DNA of 64,000 nucleotides from Curvularia clavata (Eukaryota): NCBI GenBank assembly GCA_023920165.1, contig CP089280.1, positions 124,001 to 188,000 of the forward strand, read 5' to 3'. Shown piece by piece: positions 12,538 to 25,830 of this stretch (position 1 is its first letter; each line of letters starts with the position of its first letter). The notes under the pieces were generated by a model. It saw only the letters and a program-made list of their open reading frames with translations, ran no database searches and was not told where the DNA came from. The position numbers and the translations under genes were made by a program.

Positions 12538-15238
12538 TCCCCTGTAAGGGAACGATCCAGTAGAGATAAATTCCCTGCTCGTATGTATACTCATATTCAT
12601 CACCTCCACCTAGCCCGCTAATACAGTAATCACTATCTAGTGTGACAAATACAGATATACTCGAACTCGGGCAAGGACTTGGTACCGCATCTTTCAAAAG
12701 AGTTCGAGCGATATTGGGGTTATCAGAAAGTGGTGCAAAAAAATATTTGAAATTGAAAGTTTGTGAATTGAGTTTGGTTGTTATGTGGAAAGGTTGCTGC
12801 TGGGTGTATTAGCTAGAGCCATTCTTTACGAGAAATAAAATCGTTTGATGGAGACTCAGTGGAACAGATATCTTCTCCAAAAACGTGAAGTTTTGCCAAG
12901 GACTCAGACTAGAATCGTCCAAATCCTATTACATTGAATGTATGACGAACACCGTTGATTACGGAAAGTATCAGGTCATTGAGGTAGACTTTTATGATCA
13001 AAGCTGTGAATAAGTTGGCTTTCTTTGGCTTTAACTGTGCTTAATGTAAATATTAGTCTATGAGAGTTATATCTACGTTTCTAACATGTAAGCTGAACGT
13101 TACGGTGTGGCAAGAGGAATTTGTTTTCATGTATTAAAAGAAAGGATAGATGTTGGCATTAACTATGTTTTACTTTCCGCTCCAATACTCTACATCTGAG
13201 GTGGCTTTCCCTTGAGCGTTATTTTGTTGGTTCAAACAACGGTAGAGAATGCTGTGCTCATACTTGGCCAATGGATCCTAGTTTAACTCTTCTGGTGGTT
13301 GATTACCGTCTGTTATACTCGCCAAAAGGTACCCCCCTCGTTGACGAAGATAGTCGTACCACCTGTGCAGTCACTTCGAAGCTGCTGTAAATACTTATCA
13401 CATTAATTTATATTCATATTTTCGTTGTAATGGACAGCTCATCAAGCAATAGTGTTGATGTGCTCCTGAGACTGAAATATGATGTGCTACGTTGAGGCGT
13501 GGGCTCAAAGGATGTCTGATGTCATTCCTGAGTAGCGACGCTGTTTACCACGGAGAAAGAAGCGCAAATCGGTGAGCTTAGTTCACGCTAAAGGAATGAA
13601 AACGCACAGATCGGTTTCGCGAATATGTGCATGCGCTTGTTCGGCAAAGCCGGATTGTCCTTTGTCTTGCCCCACATTGCTTGTAGAACGTTACATTCTT
13701 ACAATCATAGAGGGCTCGGTTACATTCTACTCTCGACAGGGATCACTGGAGGCCTCGTTTTAGTGTACAAATTTAAACTTCCCAGCCCGTGATCGGCCCA
13801 CACGCCAGGTTCGGACCCTTACATGAACCCAGTGCCGTCCCTCATTTATTCTCCGAGAGTATATTTAACCATTCCGTCGGTAGACATCCGCCTCACGTTG
13901 AAGCTTCGATGATACGGTGAATCGGTATATTATGCTGCGCGAATATTTGAGGAAGCGCTTTTTACCCATTTTCTAGTGGTATTACATGGATGATCTGCCA
14001 AGATTTATAGTTTAGATCGAAGGGTGTCTATGGAAGGAAACCAAGGGACATCGGCCCACTCTTAGCGTGAGACTGTGGGCATGGTCTTTACTAGTGAGCG
14101 CTGCGCTTTGAAAGGTTGCTACCTCTTGGTGGCTTCATGTGCTTCAACATAACCTTGCCACAAGGGCGGATCCGCCGTTCACTACAACGTCGCTTATTAC
14201 TCGTCACCGCGGCATTCTTTATTCGGCACCGCTTCGTCAAACAATATACGCAGTGCTCAACATGACACTGTACTTTCGTCCAGTAAATTTCGTCCGTGCC
14301 GGTAGTCAAGCCTGAATCTCTATTAGGCGCAGATCTTGCTCCATTCGTCTCTAAGAAATGCCCTGTTGGCCATCGGGTTCCGGTACTGCTTCGATAAACT
14401 CTCTGGCCGATTTATCGTGGTGGTAGTGCGATGTCATATATGTGGATGTCAATTATTCGCATTCACGGCCTACGGCTAATGCCTTTGCAACTGGATATTC
14501 ATGCACACGCGTCTTGTTTCGTTTTGCGGGATTAACCACCGTCTCAATATGGTGTTCAATGTCTATAGCGCCATGCATATTGAGGTCTATTACAGATGCA
14601 TTGAGCAAAAAGGCCGATCCAGACACCTCTGGTCGTCTGTCAGACATGAATCTCTTTGCAATAATGTATGGATTTAACGATTCGCATCGTTAGTAAGAAC
14701 AAAGAATGAATGAGAACGAGAAGAAAAGGGCAAGTTGTAGTATCATATTATGTTGAACTATACATCACCAATAAAGAGATTAGTGACGGACATACCCTTC
14801 ACGAAGGAATGACACAAACCCTTTGATTTCAGTTGGGAAAGTCGAACCTTGTTATTTATCTGATGTTCCGTATAACTACTCCTCAATAGTGCGATGTAGA
14901 CTGTGTTTGTATTTGGCACTGAATAAATCCCGTGATGAAAGTGATCCGCCTTTTGACGCTAAGCTAGGAACAACAGGGGTCCGCAGCAGGATGAGAAGGG
15001 ACGGCACGGAACGAAAGAAGACGGACATGCAGCCGAATGCCGAGCAATCTGGGGAACCTAGCCGATAGGCTGGACAAAAAACGTACGAAACGAAAGACAA
15101 GCAAATCCCGTCCAACTTGATGTTTCGACCCAAGACTGTTACAGCAGCTGACCACCCCACTTTAAACTATCCAAGCTCTAGCCTCAGTCACAACATCGAA
15201 ATGAGCTATATACGCAGATAATTGCCGTGGTACAGCCA

Positions 15239-16067
15239 TCAGGGAATGACAGCCTGTTCACGTGTCCATATGTTAAGCCCAACCTTCGTACCATTCAAAG
15301 GAGGCAATCCAGCATGTAACGTCCTATATTCACCAAGGTTTGAAGCATTGAGATTCTTCCAGAAAACCGCATTCCCTGGAACAGGCCGGATGGTCATGGC
15401 CTTCTGACCGCAATCAACGAACTGGCACCATCGGGGATCTTCCTTTGACCAATCCACATTGAGATAAGGAAACCTGGTGCCACATTCGTCGCAGGTAGCA
15501 TCTAGGATAGCAAATATTGTAGTGATTCTCTGCGATTCGTTCGCTGGTATGAATTGGTCTTGAAAATGATCCCAGTGCGGCTTGTACTGCTGGCCCGCCT
15601 TGTACCGCGTCAATTGCAAAGGCTCTTGATTTGCGATAGGTGAATAGCCTTGCAACCTTGAAGCTCGAGCAAAGATACGTTGAACAATAGGGTCTTGCAG
15701 TGGGAGCCAAGCGGTGTCACTTGTTCGATAGTCCGAAACAGCTTCTGAGAAATCTAACTCTACAACTTTTGATCTTCTGTAACGAGTTTTTCTTGAAATT
15801 CGTTAGTCAAGTCCTGTAGTTCCGTATTTCTGGAGTCCCTAGCGCTTACCCCAGATTCATGAGATAAATACGCTCAGGTTTAGATATAAACCCTTCCAGA
15901 TGGATTAAGAGTGGATCATATGAGAGGATACGAATTGAGTAATGTGGCTCGTAGTATTTCGCTACAACTTCAACCATATAAGGCCAATAGTAGGACAAAG
16001 CGAAAACTAATATACTAAGGAGGAGCATAGGGCTGGCATATCTTCCGTAAGCCTTGGGGAAGGCCAT
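15239..16067 (-). CDS. Prolyl 4-hydroxylase alpha-like 2OG-Fe(II) dioxygenase with N-terminal membrane anchor
   Basis: Exon 1 has a hydrophobic anchor plus ILSYDPLLIHLEGFIS; intron 15849-15792 (GTAAG...CTAAC...AAG); exon 2 has YRTSDTAWL, EPLQLTRYKAGQQYKPHWD (HxD), GTRFP, PVPGNAVFW and TLHAGLPPLNGTKVGLNIW (distal His and 2OG-binding Lys). Confidence 0.9.
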
Positions 16068-17770
16068 GATAGCACAGAATGTATTGAAGAACGCCTTTGT
16101 GTTGTGATAGAAATCGTGTTCACTACGATTCTAGTCGGTGAGAGCAAGAGTGGGTGCAGTTATAAGTTAATTATTGGGAATTCTGGATCGTACGTGGCTT
16201 TGTTAGCAGAAGATTGGATTGCATCGGACCGAAGTGCAGCCGAAACATAGTATGATACGTATGAAGCCCAAGGTAGACCTGGCATGTTTTGTGAACCTAC
16301 ATACACGGCATGCAATGTACGTGCCAAAACCAAATGGGTAACATGCAAGCGGGACAGGATACTGGACGAGCAACCCGCAAGCTCCGCACGAATCAACACC
16401 CTACATATAAGCAATGATTCGTTTTTAACCTTTTTATTCTTTAACGAATAGACGGTTCTTTAGCTTACTGGTGCTGCATAGAGCCACAGTCAATCGTGTG
16501 AACAAGGTACAAGGGACGAACGGCGCAATTCTCTCAAATCACAAAGCGTAACAAGAACCACGGGCTAGCTACTACTTGGCAAAAGCCTGGTACTTGCATT
16601 TTAGCTCATATGCTTGCACCCTCAAGGTCTGATCATTTTCTCATTCTACGCAGTTAGATTGAGTGCCATGCTAGGCGTGGGTTGGATGTTTCAAATAGTT
16701 TAATAACGGCCCGATTGCTACGGCCAAAAGCGAGAATCGAGCTCGCCAAGGAATCGGCTGATAATAATAGCATGAAATCACATAGTACGAAAAGTACTAC
16801 GAAGGGACAGTGAGTTTGCTCGCAACTTGCTGACTTCGTCCATAAACTAATGATCAAAGCTGACGATAACTTCTAAGTACTAGATGTGAGCCGACACAGT
16901 TGGTCTAAAGCAGAAGACTTGAGAAAGAGATGCCGATTGCTTAACTTACGTGCCGAGATTAGTTAGTGTACTTGGAGACTCTTGATGAGACCGAAGCATC
17001 ACAGAAACATGCAGCAGCTTGCCGCCACCACTACTACATATTCTAGAAGTTTATTTGCATCTGCTGCAGTAAATTTAGCACGTGCCTCTGCTTTGGCCAC
17101 GAGTAACTCTGAGAACCAATCAACCAAAATCTGTTTGAAAAACATAGCCACCATCCGTTCAGCAGCACACTCAACCTCGGGACCTCGTCTCAAACCATGA
17201 TGATATTGATGAACAGATTCCCCCACGGTGGTAATTCGATCCGTTGCGGTCCTACTTCGATCCGGCCCGACCCTAACCTGATTTGTAACTATATCCTAGG
17301 CATGTATAACAGACACCCTTGTCAATTGTACCCTCTATAGACAGTGTGTAAGCTCGCCTGCATAGCTCGGTCGCCTAGAACTTTAAAACTGCTGCTCTTG
17401 ATGTTGATTACATATCGCTATCCTGGCCAGCGGGATGAACGTCCGTGTTACGGCTGGGTCACAGTGGGGTGCCAATGATGACAAGCGGATGGAAATCTCG
17501 AGTGACATGTATTCGGCATCTGGAAGAGCAATTTGCCGCTACTCCCGTAGATGCAAGGGTGATGGGAGTGATATGGGGGAGAATGCATCAGTCTCCAAAT
17601 GTCTTACTCTACACCGACTCTTGACGATTACACACGATTGGCACCAGAACTCAGGAATAGCCCACATCAACTACCAAGAAAAATTGGTGTGTTATTCATT
17701 CTGTCGAGAATTCTGAACATAATGGCACTGTTCTCGGGCATTGACTGATGTTTTTTTCCTCAAGACCTCC

Positions 17771-18633
17771 ATGGCGTCGGGGAGTCTTCCAGAAAGGCTC
17801 TCATACAGAATGAAACGACAATGGAGGAGAATTCCCGAAGAAGACGAAGAGGAAGGGGAAAAGGTAGGTACTGTTTCTACTTCATAGCCATTTGATGAAC
17901 CGTATGCGAAGAGTAACAAACTTCCCAGTCCCTCGAGTCCGAGCCTCGGAACAGGAAAACAGTCTTGTACATACTACTCTTTACGCCCATTTGTATTGCC
18001 ATTGGTGCTGTATCCTTGAAACTTCTATGTGGTATATTTTTCCCAGAGGATGCACCCTCAACAGCATCCGGAAAAATGGAAACCACCAAGATCTGGGAAG
18101 ATTGCGGCGGAACACCCGACGAAGCACGCCGTCGCAACTGCCACTTCGACATCCTATCTATGGCCTGGCAAACACACGAGTGCTTTGACCATGCCAACGA
18201 CGCTGCGTTTCTCGCCCATCATACAGACTTCAACGCATCTGACATACACTCGGATCATGCCCAAGATGCGGAACAAGAAGACAAGGAAGTTGTCACCACG
18301 GCATGGAAATTCTTCCTCGACGTGGAAGGCCAGCATGAGATTCCGCTGTCTGTTGCGCTAACTGGCGAACACCAGCTCTTCGTTAGCCAGGAATTTCATT
18401 TTACCCACTGCACATACATGTGGCGGCAGATGCATCGGGCGTACGCAAAGCTGGGGTATATAGATGCCCACTTGGCGAACTGGCGGCATACACTGCATTG
18501 TCAGAATGTGCTTTTGGCAGGAATGGGGGATAAAGATAGCCTTGGGGCGGTAGGTAAGGTGTTGTATCCTAAATGTATCAAGGTGGGAGATGGCTCGGGT
18601 GCGGCGGGGCTTGTACAGGCTGGGCCATATTGA
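17771..18633 (+). CDS. DUF3328/UstYa-like oxidase (fungal RiPP maturase)
   Basis: ATG 17771; intron 17864-17928 (GTAGGT...TAAC...CAG) joins in frame to ORF 17965; single TM helix, CGGTPDEARRRNCHFDILSMAW, and two HxxHC motifs (HFTHC, HTLHC). Confidence 0.82.
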
Positions 18634-20619
18634 TGATAGATTTTGTTTAAGCGTAGGGTAGATGTAGTGTATGGATGAAATTGAATATGGCTATCAGAGA
18701 CCATGCGTCGAAGCTTTAGCGATAACTCCCTGGGCTTCTCTATCGCAATTTCCAGATGCATATTGCATGATCTCGCTGATTGTGAACGCATTCGATTTGA
18801 CTCAAATAGTTGGTGGGAAGACGACACGTGAGGTTTCACAGTCAAGACCCAGTTGTTGCAATGCTTCGTCTACATCTGGAATTTGGTCTTGGTAGATGTC
18901 GCTGTGCAGCAGGGAGTTTACCAAGCATGTATAATATGGGGGATGTAAATATATGGAAGCTGGGGGCTAGGCAAACGGTCTCAACCAAGCTTTGAGGAGA
19001 CAAAATAAGCTTACAGCACATGAAAGTGTGGGAAAGCATAGCCTATGGAGGCTGCGAGACCAATAGTAGCCTGTCGTAAATGTGGAAAACATGGAGATCA
19101 AGACCCTTTTTGCAGTAATACGGAGATAGCTGTGGGATGGTCGCCGGGGTGGTCGCTTGGAGAGCAGCTCGTTGCAAATCGGAGCCAAAGACGTCTTCGC
19201 CGTGGAGCGTTGTTACGGCGAGTCACGATAAGAGGTCGGCGGAAGAGGCATGTTTCATGTAATGCAGAGTATATGGAAGTGTGGTGAGGGTCTAGTGGGG
19301 TGCACGGCAAGCTAGTTAAGTGGTGTATAGTGAAGGATACTAAGTCAGGCGTCCAATGTCTGTTTATGTCAGCTTCCCGTCCACCCAAACAAAGCAAAAG
19401 ACACTCGTATCTTCACCCTGTTGGTGGCTATCAAATGACATATAATTGTTGGCCACTGGAGTCTACTCGGTACTGATAGGGCTGAAGCCATGGGATCATG
19501 TGCTTGGTCAGTCGAGGCTCTAGGGCAACCCCACGGCTGCATGTTTATCAAGACGCTAGAGGCTGATGGGCGAGGCATCCCAATGCGGCAGTCCAGAGTC
19601 GGGTGCAGCAGCAGGGTTATAGCGACATGTGCGGGGTGCAGCAGCGCCGCAGCAGTGCAGTAATACGAGATGGTAATTGCGAGACAGCCTCGAGAACAAA
19701 GGCAATATAATCGCGCAGGCTCGGGCTTGCTGCTCAGTGTAGCATAGCGGACGGGCGAGATGAATAGTCAACACCAAAAAAAATGCCGCACATGTGCACT
19801 GTCGCGGTCAAGGGATTTTGTGAGCCCCACGAGTTTGCAAGAGCGCATTGCTGTGGCGATCGGTGGGCGTGGCTGTACGTGTGACCAAGTCGTTATCTCT
19901 GTCTGCTGTCTCGACGCGTGATAGGCAGGATTCTGGCAGGGAGCCGATGAAGGAGGCTGGCAGGCCATCGGCGATGACAAGAGGGCGGTGGCATGGAATT
20001 TGACACCGCCATTTGACAATTCGATGCCGCGGAGGAGCTTCCATGGCGCGCCTGTGGCGTGAGTGTTTGGCGAGGCGAGTTGAAACGAGACGAGATGAAT
20101 TGATTCGAGTCGAGTTGCACGACAGAAAGCAAGGCGGGCGCGTGTAGCGGGGCAGCAAGGGAATAGCGTGCCCCTGTCGTCATCGAGAGAAATGCAAGTC
20201 TTGGCGCGATTCAGACGTCGACGGGCGACGACAATACTGACGGGGCGCCTCAACCCTCCATTTCTGCGCATACTACGCCTTTGCCATGCTGCACTTGTCT
20301 CTCCGCACGCTCTAGGCCCCCGGCTTCATCCGTCGCTGCGCCCTCCCCCGCATCCTCTGCTGCCCTCTGCACACCACCCGTCCAGCCGCCCTACCGCGAC
20401 GCCTGCAACCTTTTCACGTCGCACCTCTAATCCCCCATTGCCCGCCTGTTGACCTTAACCACCCCCCCTCCCCCCACCCCAAACCCATCCTCCATCTCGC
20501 CCTCCTCCGCCACTCGCATCCGAGTCCTGGCCTGAGGTGCTCTCTCTCTCTTTCTCCTTCTCTCCACATCTTTTCTGCCTGGAGCTGGGCTGCCGCCCTC
20601 TGCGACTTTTCACTCCACC

Positions 20620-21335
20620 ATGACGCGACCGGCAGTATACGCCGCAGGCCTTGTCCTGACCTTGGCCTGTAAGCACCGCACGCCCTCTTGACTTGACATG
20701 GGCCAGACTAACCCTTCTCCAGGCACCGTCATGACCATCGCAAGTATCTCGATGCCGCGCTGGGTCAGCTATAGCCCCAACGGCGAGCGCCAGTACTCGT
20801 ACGGCCTCCACACGCGCTGCTCCGCCGTCACGGGCACCTGCGTCTCGTTCCCCAAGTCGAGCGACTGCACAAAGGACCCCTCGTTCTGCAACATGTGGCG
20901 CACCGTCGGCTTCCTGACGTCGTTTGGTGTCGTCGTTGAGCTCTGCGCCATTGTCTCCTTCATCGTCATCATCTCGGGCGGCGTCCAGCGCAGGGCTGCA
21001 GGCTGGCAAGTCGCTGTCGGCGTCTTGTCTCTCAGCGCCATTGTCCAGTGCGGCGGCATGGCTATTGTGGTATGTTGTTTTTCGCTCTTGTCTCATGTCT
21101 CGCGTCCATGGACGCCAAAGACACGACTGACACTTCTCAGGCCTTCCTCTTCGACCACGACGAGCGCTTCTGGGACGGCTGGCACCTCGACCTCTCGTGG
21201 TCTCTCTGCACCGCGAGCTGGACCATCCTGATCCTGACGTCCATCGGCATGGCCGCCTCCGCCTTCTACCTGCCCGCCGAGGGCGACTACGAGCTCATTC
21301 CCGAAGACCACTACGGTCCCCCAGACGATCGGTGA
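20620..21335 (+). CDS. Four-TM claudin/SUR7-PalI-like membrane protein
   Basis: MTRPAVYAAGLVLTLA, intron, W...YSYGLHTRC...C loop, further hydrophobic helices, second intron near 21070-21140, ends ...DYELIPEDHYGPPDDR. Confidence 0.7.
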
Positions 21336-22239
21336 GCGCCCTCACTGGCGACGGCCAAGGCACATGTGTACGTATGGACTGTTTTAATCATGGCCTAGGC
21401 TTCTTTCGCGCATCTCGGCTTGGGACAACGGCTTCAAGGGACCCGGCTCGGGAATGCAATACAGCTACCAGCGCGAACAGGACAGCATGAGCGATGTCGT
21501 CAGCATTGCAGCCAGCAGCATCGCTGCAAGTCACCGCCGGGAAAGCGATGTCAGGAAATAAGCAAAACGCACCACGCACGACCGATATGCAATGCATCTA
21601 CGATCGACGCATACCATGACCTGGGATATACGTAATGTGGAGGGATTCGATGTCTGCTCTTTTTTATTTCTTTTTTTTTTTCTGCGGAGAAGTGCGGGCG
21701 GTGTATTGAGTAGTTTTGGCGTCAACTGGCGAGCATGGCGGGGTTTTGTAGCGCGGGCTGTTATTTGATTTTCGACGATACCCCTGCCATCCACTGGTGG
21801 TTGGGCAGTGTACCTTTTTGGCTAAAGTTGGTATAATAATCCAGAACCCGAGAATGCAAACTAGACTCTATTACACGTCTTTTTCTAGTCATGGCTCGAG
21901 GCTAGCTGTCTCTGGCCAGTAGCCGGGGTTGGGCCTGCTCGAGCAAAAATGCCCATGGAGACTGGACGAATAAGGTCGTGCGCGTGCGCAGTAAACAGTT
22001 GCAATTGCGTCTTGAGTTTGCGGGGACGGTCCACCTCTAGCGCCATCCGTAGGGCTGACCTTAGCGAAGCCATCGCACATGGACCGCGTCTTGAATTCGC
22101 GACGACGACTACATCAACGGCCACCGTACTAAAATGTAAGTAAAGGCATGACTGTGCCATTGGACATGCTTGGAGTAGCTGCGACCAGACTTCTGACCTC
22201 AGCCTTTTAGAACCACAAATTCCTTCACATCCACACACA

Positions 22240-22937
22240 ATGGCCGACCAAAAGGCATCCAAGTACTATCCCGCTGAGGAGGAAGCGCAAATGAAGAAGG
22301 TACGTGAGCAGTAAATGTGACAACTGGCAAAAAGACCAGAAAAAGTAAACCGAAGGAGTAAAAGAGAGAGAGAGAGAGAGATCGGAAAACAAGCAATTCG
22401 ACACAACAATCCCCTCGACGAATCCCACGTTAACACATGTGTCTCGCACAGGCGCGCAAGACCGCACACCCGACCAAATACCGCGACTCGCTCGCCCCAG
22501 GCACAGTCCTCATCCTTCTCTCGGGCCGCTTCCGCGGCAAGCGCGTCGTGCTTCTGCGCCAACTCGACCAAGGCATTCTCCTCATCACGGGCCCCTTCAA
22601 GTCCAACGGCGTGCCCCTGCGCCGCGTCAACCACCGCTACGTCATTGCCACCTCGACTGTCGTTGATGTCTCGTCCGTCGACGCCGATGTCATTGCCCGT
22701 GTGAGCGAAGACGCCTACTGGGCGCGCGAGAAGAAGTCGGGCGATGAAGATGCCTTTTTCAACGATGGCGGAGAGACGCCCGCCAAGAAGGATGTCGACC
22801 CTCAGCGCATTGAGGACCAGAAGAAGGTGGATAAGGCGGTGCTGGCAAGCATCAAGAAAATGCCGGATCTTGAGGCTTATTTGAGTGCCAGCTTTAGTCT
22901 GAGAGGGAACGAGAGGCCGCATCAGATGGTGTTTTAG
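22240..22937 (+). CDS. RPL6: 60S ribosomal protein eL6
   Basis: KYYPAEE, intron ~22300-22451, PGTVLILLSGRFRGKRVV, GPFKSNGVPLRRVNHRYVIATST, C-terminal PHQMVF. Confidence 0.95.
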
Positions 22938-23283
22938 ATGCCAGGAAAAATGGGTGAGGGAAAGGATACATGAAGCAAGGGAGAGGGGAAAATATGTGAA
23001 AGAAGGGAAAAGTTAGGCTCTGCTTTTTTTTAGTTCTTTTCCAAGTGGAGATTATGCAGTGAGGAGGAATAAGAGAGACAGATATCAGACTCTTCTACCT
23101 CCCGGCCAGCAGCGGCACGGTACGATTTCATATGTAGATGAGATACCCATGACATGAAAAATACACATGCACAGATAACGACTGGGAATTCTAAAATTGA
23201 TTAAAGACATGCATGAAAAAGGAGGTGATGAACAAACTCAGCTAACAAAAGTTTAATGCTTACGAACATCTCTCTTGACTCTT

Positions 23284-24653
23284 TCACCACAGCCACCAAA
23301 GAACCCACAACCCGCCTAACCCCCATATCCCTCCCCCGGCTATTCCCCTCCCCAAACCCGCTTTACTCGCCGCCAACCCCCCACAGCACCTCCCCTTCCG
23401 AAACGGCACACCGTTCGCCTCGGCCGCAACCTCGAAAACACTGCCGTTAAAATTCCCAAAATTATAATAATCCACCAGGATCCAATTGGGCGGACGATTC
23501 CACAGATCCGCACACTCTCTCACATTGCGCCCAACACTGGCATTCCCCTCCACCGCATTAACCTCGTCGAGCAGCGAGTACGCCGGAATAAGGATATCCG
23601 GGATCCCTTGAAGACTAACATTGATATTGAGGTTATGATTGACCATGTACATGCGTTGGCGGGAGAGGGCAGCAGATTGGCCGGGCGGACGCTGCTGGGT
23701 ACATGGGAAAGAAGGGTTTGTGGGCGAAAAAGGAGTTTGCCATTGGTAGTTCCATTCGTCGAGGAGCCAGGGGACGGTGGATTGGTCGGCGTTGTAGTCG
23801 AGCATTACGACGACGCGTTGGCGTTTGAGGATCATTTCGCTGAGCGTGGGCCATGACGAAAGGTTCATGCTGGCGGCTGGGGGTGTCCAGATGTATTCGA
23901 GGATTCCAGAGGCGGAGAAGGCGGCAGAATATTGTTCTGGTGTGATGCGGAAGGAGGCGTCGTTGTTGTTGCCCATCATTATGGCAATGACTTCGTAGGG
24001 GTTGGCGTCGAGCCAGGATTTTACCGTCGCGAGGTAGGTTTCTAAGAGGCCGACGTCGAGGAGGTTGCAGGAGGTGTGGCAGAGACGGATGGGAGAGGTT
24101 TCGTTGGGCATGTGTGTCTCGAATTGCACTGTTTGAAGCTGTCAGCGGACGGATCGACATGAGATGGTGTGTTCTGCGTACAGCCTCGGATCCCATCTTG
24201 CAGCTGAGTCAAGACAGGATAGATCTGGTTGCTTGCTGCGTTGTGCGGCTTGACAAAGGGACTGTTGTGGGCGACAACCATGGAGACATTAGAGAACTTG
24301 CGGTTGCAGAACTCGACATAGCCGTTGCAAGGTTGGGTATTAACCGTCGGCCGTGAGGCGATAGTCGTCGTCCTTGAAGCCGTTGCATTTGAAGGCCCTC
24401 TTGAAGGTTCTATGCCAACTATATGTGTCACTTCTTCGGTTGCGGTGGATGTCGTTGCCGTAGCATTTGACTGTCTTGTGGTGGTGGAATATATAGACAC
24501 GCTTGAGAGGCGGCTGAGATCAGTGGCCAGCACATCAATGCTAGATGTAACGACACGGCTCGGTGTAAGAGTATCCGAACTTGAAGAAAGAGATTGCGAG
24601 TAGGTACATGGTACAAGGAGGGCCAAAGGCAAGAGAAATGTCAGAGGAACCAT
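23284..24653 (-). CDS. Secreted, probably GPI-anchored PLC-like phosphodiesterase
   Basis: Signal peptide, S/T-rich linker, CNGYVEFCNRKFSNVSMVVAHNSPF, QLQDGIRG, intron ~24181-24130, RLCHTSC, WLDANPYEV, PNWILVDYY, hydrophobic C-terminus. Confidence 0.85.
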
Positions 24654-25830
24654 GAGGAAGACTGCAAGCAAAAAGCGCACTCCCTACTAGTATATATTAG
24701 ACGAAAAGCATACAATCCTTGTTGCAAAACCCTTCCACGCATTTCGAATTCCAGGCGATGTCAAAGGCGCTTTTGATGTTTTTGGCCCATCCTTAGCTCA
24801 CGGCGATACGAAGGCACGATGACGTCTAGCTTGGGAGACGCGTTATCCCCGGATCTATGCGGCGAGGCTAGAGACTGTGGTCTACAAACACAAATCCGTT
24901 CTGGGAAAAGCCTTTGCTGTAGGGATGGAGAAGAAGGAGTCTAGAAGTAGCCACACTGTGGCGCATTACTCAATAGACTGGGATGGAGTCGCGTCTGCAT
25001 ACTAAAGTTCCCGAGCAATCCCGATTCCAATAGACGGTACTAGTTCCTATTGTAGCACATTGATACTGGTATTTGAAGTATGCAATTACTAAAGTTTTGC
25101 GGGATAACACTTCAAGTTGTTTTGATCATCGCGACAGTGAAAGCGGAAGCCTTGGTAGATGGACGATCACGTGCCCAAGTTCTTCATAGTTTGCATTGGT
25201 TATGTGTTAACCATTGGAAATTACTTTGGCGCTCAACTCCTTACTTTTTCACACGCTTAATCAGTTTTTTTTTTCGTTGTTTCACCAATTGCAGCCGCAT
25301 ATGCGGTAATACACAAACTTTCCGGGCCCCTTACACCCGAACTAGTGCTTATCGTACCTCGACGTTAACACAAACATCAAAAGGGGTCTTCTTCATTCAT
25401 GCGGAACTTCTTGAACTTCATTTGATAAGCAAAACCGCTTGCGGTTGGCAAAAAATACTTCACCGTCTTCGATGCGTTTTCTGAGTGGCTTTCTTAAACG
25501 ACTATACGTTATGCTTTGGCCTCGCCCGTCTTTCTGACACTGAGTATGGAATTCCCCTAAGATTGAATGAAGGGACGAAGCCAAGGTTTCAAGTACCGTG
25601 ACCAAGACCTAGAAACAAGTCGTGGCGAATGGAATGTGTATGCACAGAAAATCACCACCGTCGTGTGACGAAGAGGGCATATCAAGAATACATACTTATT
25701 TCATTAATGAGTGTGATTATAGATTACTCGAATACACGTAACTCGTAGAGATTACCATTAGAAGCCAACGCTTGCCCCCGACTTGTCCATCTCATCAATC
25801 TATCATACTTTTGCTCTCGTTGCCAAAGCC

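Noticed and set aside
12111..12609. Overlapping repeat ORFs in other frames, or a CRISPR-like array
   Set aside because: These are shadows of the 84-bp coding repeat; there are no unique spacers and the genome is eukaryotic
14091..14693. Short ORFs between the precursor and P4H as extra cluster genes
   Set aside because: No recognisable motifs or splice model; possibly relic sequence
16982..17226. Short ORFs between P4H and the DUF3328 gene
   Set aside because: No motif, non-ATG starts; most likely divergent promoter or relic sequence
25080..25605. Protein-like ORF fragments
   Set aside because: No family recognised and frames are interrupted
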